A DNA stretch of 64,000 nucleotides from Promethearchaeati archaeon SRVP18_Atabeyarchaeia-1 (GTDB taxonomy: Archaea > Asgardarchaeota > Atabeyarchaeia > Atabeyarchaeales > Atabeyarchaeaceae), in the NCBI GenBank assembly GCA_037308085.1, contig CP147779.1, positions 2,048,001 to 2,112,000 on the forward strand. Direction: 5' to 3'. Below are positions 58,617-64,000 of this stretch, in pieces. How positions within the stretch are numbered: position 1 is the first letter of the stretch; each line of letters opens with the position of its first letter. Made by a program: the position numbers and the translations under genes. The notes under the pieces are model-generated. The model ran no database searches. It saw nothing but the letters and a program-made list of their open reading frames with translations, and was not told the DNA's origin.

Positions 58617-59822
58617 ATGGCTCTAGTTATCCCTGGGATTGACGCAATCATTACGATGATTGTGAAGCCACTTATCATGAATCGAGCTAAAGCCTTCGCA
58701 AAGATGATCTACGCAAAACTCAAGGGAAGGGCTGACGAGAATGCACTCGCAGACGAGCTCATCAACGCCATCGAGATGGGACAGGTTGATTCCTTCATAA
58801 TGAAATATGAGAAGTCCATCCCCAAGGAAGTGATCGAGAAGATCCGCGCCCTCGCAAACATGAGGGAACTCTTCAACAAAGCCTCCAGAATAATCAGCGC
58901 ACAAAAATACAGCCAAGATGCCGCGAAAGTCTTCATCGACCTAGCCAGAATACTCGATGATGTAATGGTTGGCATGTCCTTCGAGGAAGCTGGCATAGAG
59001 GACGTTACCGTGCAGGATGCAGAGACAAACGACCAGATTCATGTTACGAGCGAGGATTACATGGTCGCTCTCCTCTTCAGATATGCTGCTGCTGTCTGGA
59101 CGCAAATTGCAGCAATGGCCACCCCCATGGCAAGGGGATGGACCCTTACATACGATGCCAAAATGGAAGTCACCTTAGGTAAGCCACAAGTAAATATGAA
59201 GAGAGCCGCAGCACCCCCAATGGCATCCATCGCAAAAGACGAGAGCGCTGCAGGCAGAGAAATGGGAGGGCCCAGACCTGGATTCCTTGAATTCAGAGCA
59301 GCCTATGAGAACCTGATGCCACTTTACCGGAATGGACTAGCGATACGAGATCAGTACCTGGACTCGGTCTCCTGCTTGAAGACTGCCCTGATCAAGGTGA
59401 AGAGCATAAAGAGAGGGAGACAAGATAAGATGCACAAGCACATGGACCCGAGGCATCTAGAAGGCCTGATTCTAGCATTCAGGGGGGAAGCCCAGTACTG
59501 GCAATACCGCGTTTCAGACGAGCTCGCACAATCAGCCGCCGCCGTGAAGAACTTCTTCGAGGAAGATTCAAAGCAGGTGAAGGAATGGATGAACTTCATG
59601 GACGTCCCGAAAGAAGGCTTCAAAGAGTTCCTCGACGCGCTGACACTTTACAGGAACTTCCCAGAAGGACTGGCTGGCGCGCTCAGGCTGTACAAGGAAG
59701 GAGCCGAAAAATGCGTGGACGGAAAGGACCGAGACATGATATTCAGCAGAATAGGCGACTTGCAGGCAGTCTCCTCTTACAAGCCAGCCGTATTCGTCCC
59801 CGATCCAAGACCAATCTTATGA
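58617..59822 (+). CDS. Helical protein, candidate BRO1-domain (ALIX/BROX-like) protein
   Basis: GGAGG RBS; collinear BRO1-like motifs F.E..I..VT.QDA, S..Y...LLF..AA..QIAA, AQY.Q and KD.D.I..R..DL...A.FV..P (by-eye comparison). Confidence 0.55.
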   Translation: MALVIPGIDAIITMIVKPLIMNRAKAFAKMIYAKLKGRADENALADELINAIEMGQVDSFIMKYEKSIPKEVIEKIRALANMRELFNKASRIISAQKYSQDAAKVFIDLARILDDVMVGMSFEEAGIEDVTVQDAETNDQIHVTSEDYMVALLFRYAAAVWTQIAAMATPMARGWTLTYDAKMEVTLGKPQVNMKRAAAPPMASIAKDESAAGREMGGPRPGFLEFRAAYENLMPLYRNGLAIRDQYLDSVSCLKTALIKVKSIKRGRQDKMHKHMDPRHLEGLILAFRGEAQYWQYRVSDELAQSAAAVKNFFEEDSKQVKEWMNFMDVPKEGFKEFLDALTLYRNFPEGLAGALRLYKEGAEKCVDGKDRDMIFSRIGDLQAVSSYKPAVFVPDPRPIL

Positions 59823-59965
59823 TTCATGTGAGGCGGAAAAGCTCCAAGGCTGCCTGGAACCTTTCGTCTCGCGCTGAACTTTTTCCTGAGGCAAGCCTAG
59901 GCTTGAAGCCTTCCATCGTGACGTATTCGCTGCGCGTTGCCTTCTCGGGAAGGCACAGCTCTTTC

Positions 59966-60364
59966 TTAGGTTTTCGCCCCTCTTCGCTTCTTTAGCGCGT
60001 CCAAGAGACCGGAGCGATCGAAGTAGACTTCGTTGCGCGTTATTTTGCTTGTGCGTATCTCCACAATATCCATTCCATTCTCGATTATGGTCTCTGGACC
60101 AATAGGGATCGTGGCTCTCCATTTGCAGGTGAATCCGTGGTCGGTCGGGAAGACTTCGATTGCTTCCCACCTCCAGTCTGGATTGGCGGCAAGCAGTTTT
60201 CTGAAATACTGGAGGATCTGGTCGCGCCCCCTAATTCCCTCTTTGTTTGCAGGATCGACATAGACAGCGTTGTCCGAATAGAATTCTATCAAAGCATTCG
60301 CCTGGTTGCCCGTCCAAGCTGGAAGCCACTTCCCGCAAAACTCCTCCGCTTCTCTCCTCTTCAT
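59966..60364 (-). CDS. SnoaL/NTF2-like protein
   Basis: W..AW......L..FY..NAVY.DP...G.RGRD.I..YF, G.D.......I..N..YFD. Confidence 0.88.
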   Translation of the reverse strand: MKRREAEEFCGKWLPAWTGNQANALIEFYSDNAVYVDPANKEGIRGRDQILQYFRKLLAANPDWRWEAIEVFPTDHGFTCKWRATIPIGPETIIENGMDIVEIRTSKITRNEVYFDRSGLLDALKKRRGAKT

Positions 60365-60635
60365 ACTGCGTCACCATTAGTCTTCCACATTGCCCATCGC
60401 ATCATTTGAATAATGGTTGCGGCAAACTCCATATTACGCTTTGTGGCAGGGCCTGATTCTTCTTGTTGTCCAAGTCAACCCCAATGTTTAAGAACCTCAG
60501 CAAACTATAAGTCACGAGATACCTGTTGTTAAACTTGTTTTTAGGAGGCGTTCAGCGCTCACCGACTTAGGGTCTACGAGTCATGACAGCAATGCGGAAG
60601 GCCACGGCGTTGCCTCTGATCGTAAGAAGAGTGTC

Positions 60636-62327
60636 GTGCTAGTTACGGCGGCTCTGCCCTATGCAAATGCGGACCTGCATATTGGTCACGTGACCAGCAC
60701 CTATATTCCGGCAGACGTCTACTCCCGTTTCAGGCGTCTTAAGGGTGACGACATTCTCTTCGTGTGTGGTAGTGACTATCACGGTACTCCAATCGAGGTC
60801 TCAGCGCTAGCCATGGGCAAAACGCCTGCGGAGCACGCGGAGTATTACAGATTGAGGGAGATACATGACTTTCAGCAACTCAACATCTCCTTCGACAACT
60901 ACTACTATACTGGCAGTGAAGAAAACCGGGTCCTGACGGAGGAATTCCTGAACTCCGCTTACGAGAAGAATTACATCTACCAGAAGGAGGTCGAACAGTC
61001 ATACTGCGAGAAAGACAAGAGGTTTCTCCCCGACCGCTTCGTCAAAGGCCAATGCCCGTACTGCGGTGCAGCAGACCAGTATAGCGACGTGTGCGAGGCC
61101 TGCGGGCGTGTCATTGAGCCTGGCAAGATAATCAATCCGAGTTGCATCATCTGCGGCACGCCCCCGGTCAAGAGAAAGGCGAAGCACTTCTTCTTCAAGC
61201 TTAGCGCACTCTCGGGGTTTCTGTCCGACTGGCTCTCGAAATCGCGAGACGGCGATTTCCCGAGGGAAGTAGTGAACTACGTGCTAAACTGGGTAAAGAG
61301 TGGCCTCGAAGACTGGGACATCACCAGGGAAGACTACTGGGGTTTCAGACTTCCATTCAAGGGTGCCGCCCCCAATCAGTATGCGTACGTTTGGTGGGAC
61401 GCGCCCATAGGTTACATCGCATCCACCGTGAACCTGTGCAGCAGGCTCGGAATAAGCTGGGAACGCTATTGGAAAAGCCCTGAATCAAGGATAGTCCATT
61501 TTATTGGCAAGGACATTATCTACCACCACCTGCTCTTCTGGCCAGCTATGCTCAAAGTTGCAGGCTACCCTCTGCCCAAGAAGTACGTTGTCAACGGGTA
61601 CCTTACGCTTGAAAGCAGGAAAATGTCCAAGAGCAGGAAGTGGGGAATCAACCTCCGCTACGTTCTGGACCGCTACCCATCCGACTATATCAGGTTCTAC
61701 CTAGCAACCAAGGCTGCCAACAGCATCGGGGACAGTGACTTTTCGTGGAAGGAGTTTCAAGACAGGATAAACACGGGGCTTGCGGATGCGATCGGCAACC
61801 TCGTGAACAGGGTGCTCAAATTCACGACAGATACTTTCGGTGGTGAGGTTCCGGAACCTCAAAGTAGCCTGGCAAGCGCAGAGGACAGAGGATTCAAGGA
61901 ATTCATTACGAGGCTTCCCAAGGAATTCGAAGAGCTGTACGAAAAGGTAAACCTCACAAAAGTCGTCGGAAAGATCGTCGACTCCTTCGGAGAAGGGAAC
62001 AGGTACTTCAATGCAAAGGAGCCTTGGAGAAAGATCAAAGCCGGCGACAGGGAAGGAGAGGCATCTGCCAGGACAACTCTCTACTTGAACGTTAACCTGA
62101 TCCACGACGGAGCCTTATACCTCTATCCAATCGCCCCAAACACGGCGACGCAAATCCTATCTCAGATATTCGGATCTGGGAAGGGAATTCTGTTGTCCTG
62201 GGACATACTAGGCAAATTCGCAGTGACGCCTGGCACCAAAGTGGGCAAGCCGAAGCCAGTGGCGGAAAAGATCAAAGATGAAGATATAAAGAAGGAGACC
62301 GAAGCCCTCGAAAAAGGAATAGCCTGA
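60636..62327 (+). CDS. metG: Methionine--tRNA ligase (no C-terminal tRNA-binding domain; true start may lie upstream)
   Basis: ALPYAN..LHIGH, GSD.HG, zinc-knuckle CxxC pairs, YVWWDAPIGY, GKDI..HH, KMSKS. Confidence 0.96.
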   Translation: MLVTAALPYANADLHIGHVTSTYIPADVYSRFRRLKGDDILFVCGSDYHGTPIEVSALAMGKTPAEHAEYYRLREIHDFQQLNISFDNYYYTGSEENRVLTEEFLNSAYEKNYIYQKEVEQSYCEKDKRFLPDRFVKGQCPYCGAADQYSDVCEACGRVIEPGKIINPSCIICGTPPVKRKAKHFFFKLSALSGFLSDWLSKSRDGDFPREVVNYVLNWVKSGLEDWDITREDYWGFRLPFKGAAPNQYAYVWWDAPIGYIASTVNLCSRLGISWERYWKSPESRIVHFIGKDIIYHHLLFWPAMLKVAGYPLPKKYVVNGYLTLESRKMSKSRKWGINLRYVLDRYPSDYIRFYLATKAANSIGDSDFSWKEFQDRINTGLADAIGNLVNRVLKFTTDTFGGEVPEPQSSLASAEDRGFKEFITRLPKEFEELYEKVNLTKVVGKIVDSFGEGNRYFNAKEPWRKIKAGDREGEASARTTLYLNVNLIHDGALYLYPIAPNTATQILSQIFGSGKGILLSWDILGKFAVTPGTKVGKPKPVAEKIKDEDIKKETEALEKGIA

Positions 62328-62381
62328 GACATGTCAGGGCAGATCCCGCACTCCCTCAAAGTCATCCTCTTCGGGTGGCTC

Positions 62382-62582
62382 CTAGGCGCCCTTCAAGAGG
62401 GCACGTTTGATCTCGATGATCACTGACGGGATCTTATGATTCCTGGCACCTTCGCCCGCAGAAAGATCGCACCAAGTGCTCCTAGGGAAGGCGCACCATG
62501 ATGTGCCATCGATCGTGCACCTACGCGTCTTCTCGTTGTAGAACGAGCAGAACTGCAGCCCCTTCGACAATCCGCTTTGCAT
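62382..62582 (-). CDS. Possible small Cys-rich protein
   Basis: C-x9-C-x7-C-x7-C pattern with an AT-rich promoter-like region upstream; weak support. Confidence 0.3.
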   Translation of the reverse strand: MQSGLSKGLQFCSFYNEKTRRCTIDGTSWCAFPRSTWCDLSAGEGARNHKIPSVIIEIKRALLKGA

Positions 62583-62873
62583 GATACACGAACCTCCCGA
62601 TACTTTTCTCCCCGAAACCGGTTGCGAATCTCGCATGCATGCCTCCAAATTCGTCTTGGTCATGCATTGATCCGCTGTCTGTTTTCTAAAAAATGGAACA
62701 ACTCTTATAAAAAACTATTGGGTATCGGTATTACGTGGATATTCTTACAAGACTCTCTCAATACATACGGTCATTTTCCACCTGTTTTCCCCATCCGCGA
62801 CGCGTCTCAGCGCCCCCTGTCACCGGGACAACCCCACTGGAAGCTATCACCAGTCATTGAGCCAACGGCAGCG

Positions 62874-63425
62874 CTAAATGACCCTCCTCAGCTCCTCGAG
62901 AAAAATGGCGTATGTCTCTGCATCATAAAGGCAGATAACAACTTCCTCCAAACTCCTTCTTCGCCCCCGCAGGAATGACTTGGCAGTAGCGAGCATTATC
63001 TTGGCACATCTAGCTTTTGGAAATCCAAATATGCCCGCCGAGATCGCTGGCAGCGCTACGCTCCTGAGCCCACTTGAATCAGCAAGCTTCAAGCAGTTCA
63101 GTGTCGCACTGCCAAGCTTCTCATCTTCGTTTCCCTCCCCGAACCTTGGCCCGACAGCGTGTATAACGTAACGAGCCTTCAGCTTGCCTCCGGAAGTGAT
63201 TACCGCTCCACCCACAGGGCAGTACCCGATCCTGTCACACTCATCTTGGATTGACTTTCCTCCTCGCCGTAGTACTGCCCCGGCAACACCGCCACCCATC
63301 TGGAGACGTGAGTTTGCCGCGTTCACTATAGCGTCAACATCCAGCTCAGTTATGTCTCCCTTGACGAGCCGCAAGATCGAATTACCTATTCTTAGCACGT
63401 CTTCCGCAACCAACTGATACCCCAC
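62874..63425 (-). CDS. Macrodomain ADP-ribose-binding/hydrolase protein (Af1521/YmdB-like)
   Basis: GDIT, IVNAAN, GGGVAGA, VIHAVGP, PAISAGIFGFP. Confidence 0.93.
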   Translation of the reverse strand: MGYQLVAEDVLRIGNSILRLVKGDITELDVDAIVNAANSRLQMGGGVAGAVLRRGGKSIQDECDRIGYCPVGGAVITSGGKLKARYVIHAVGPRFGEGNEDEKLGSATLNCLKLADSSGLRSVALPAISAGIFGFPKARCAKIMLATAKSFLRGRRRSLEEVVICLYDAETYAIFLEELRRVI

Positions 63426-63451
63426 CGATAAAGCCAGGTCACAAAGTACTG

Positions 63452-64000
63452 TTAGCGAGTCTTCCTGTAGGCCACATAAACCGCGACAAAGAGTAGTGGA
63501 CTCAGGGCCAGCGTCAGCATAAAAGGCAGCTGCCTAGAATATGCGTAGAGGGTTCCCCCCAAGTAAGGCGTCGTAGCCTCAGCCGCATAGACAAATGTCC
63601 CAATTACGCCATAGGTCCTACCCACCCTTCTCCCAGCACTCAGCTCACCTATTGTGCTATATATAAGCGGGAACACTGCCCCGACTGAGCCCAGAAGCAC
63701 AAAACTCACAGGCAGGATTAACGAGTTAGAGTTCGGAACGAGGATCCAATACCCGAGAACAAGTGAAACGATGGGAACGGTCACTAGCGCGAGTTTCCTC
63801 GCTGGAGCGTATTTATCACTGAGTTTTCCGAGCAAGCTCACAATCACAACTGCTGAGAGGTTCGATACTGCATACATTACTTGTACGGAGAAGAAACTGA
63901 ATCCATATTCCTCGCTCAAATATAGAGGAATATAGGACCAACCCAAGTACACGACCCCCATGAAAAGACAGCTTAACGCAACCATCGGCGCAAGCCGCCT
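63452..64000 (-). CDS. MFS transporter, C-terminal part (5' end lies outside the window)
   Basis: GKLSDK motif, G..YG, PYLGG.LY and about 6 TM helices. Confidence 0.85.
   Translation of the reverse strand, partial: RRLAPMVALSCLFMGVVYLGWSYIPLYLSEEYGFSFFSVQVMYAVSNLSAVVIVSLLGKLSDKYAPARKLALVTVPIVSLVLGYWILVPNSNSLILPVSFVLLGSVGAVFPLIYSTIGELSAGRRVGRTYGVIGTFVYAAEATTPYLGGTLYAYSRQLPFMLTLALSPLLFVAVYVAYRKTR

Noticed and set aside
102-63935. Numerous antisense and alternate-frame ORFs in the track (e.g. 483-809, 19859-20452, 44614-45021)
   Set aside because: They are shadows of well-supported genes.
1-64000. Genome-wide reassignment of TAG to an amino acid
   Set aside because: Many genes end at TAG at their expected C-terminus (KaiC-like, AOR, ABC permease, DHS), and the paralogs at 10102 (TAA) and 22007 (TAG) stop at the same position. 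Only site-specific or ambiguous readthrough remains possible.

Overview
Gene-dense archaeal chromosomal window of roughly 50-55% GC. Archaeal signs include TATA-box promoters, GGAGG/GGTGA ribosome-binding sites, a tungsten-type AOR, deoxyhypusine synthase, archaeal-type MetRS and a KaiC/GvpD-like ATPase. An Asgard-like or Bathyarchaeia-like host is inferred, not proven. I saw no rRNA, tRNA, CRISPR array or transposase. Ordinary content: sugar redox and catabolism genes (3 Gfo/Idh/MocA oxidoreductases, 2 TIM-barrel isomerases, a PIG-L deacetylase, a GH4), a LonC-type protease, transporters, two DUF72 and two DUF362 proteins, a RimK/GCS2 peptide-ligase operon, DHS, MetRS and a macrodomain protein. 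Most notable observations: (1) a 401-aa orphan (58617-59822) whose motifs match the eukaryotic ESCRT-III adaptor BRO1 domain by eye, lying head-to-head with a non-canonical unknown-NurA-HerA operon that lacks mre11/rad50; (2) a single-pass receptor-like protein with an 8-blade calcium-binding propeller outside and a RING-type zinc finger inside; (3) two otherwise intact genes, each split by one in-frame TAG; (4) apparent non-canonical start codons; (5) two decayed gene remnants not evident from the ORF track. All family calls come from motif recognition, without database searches.
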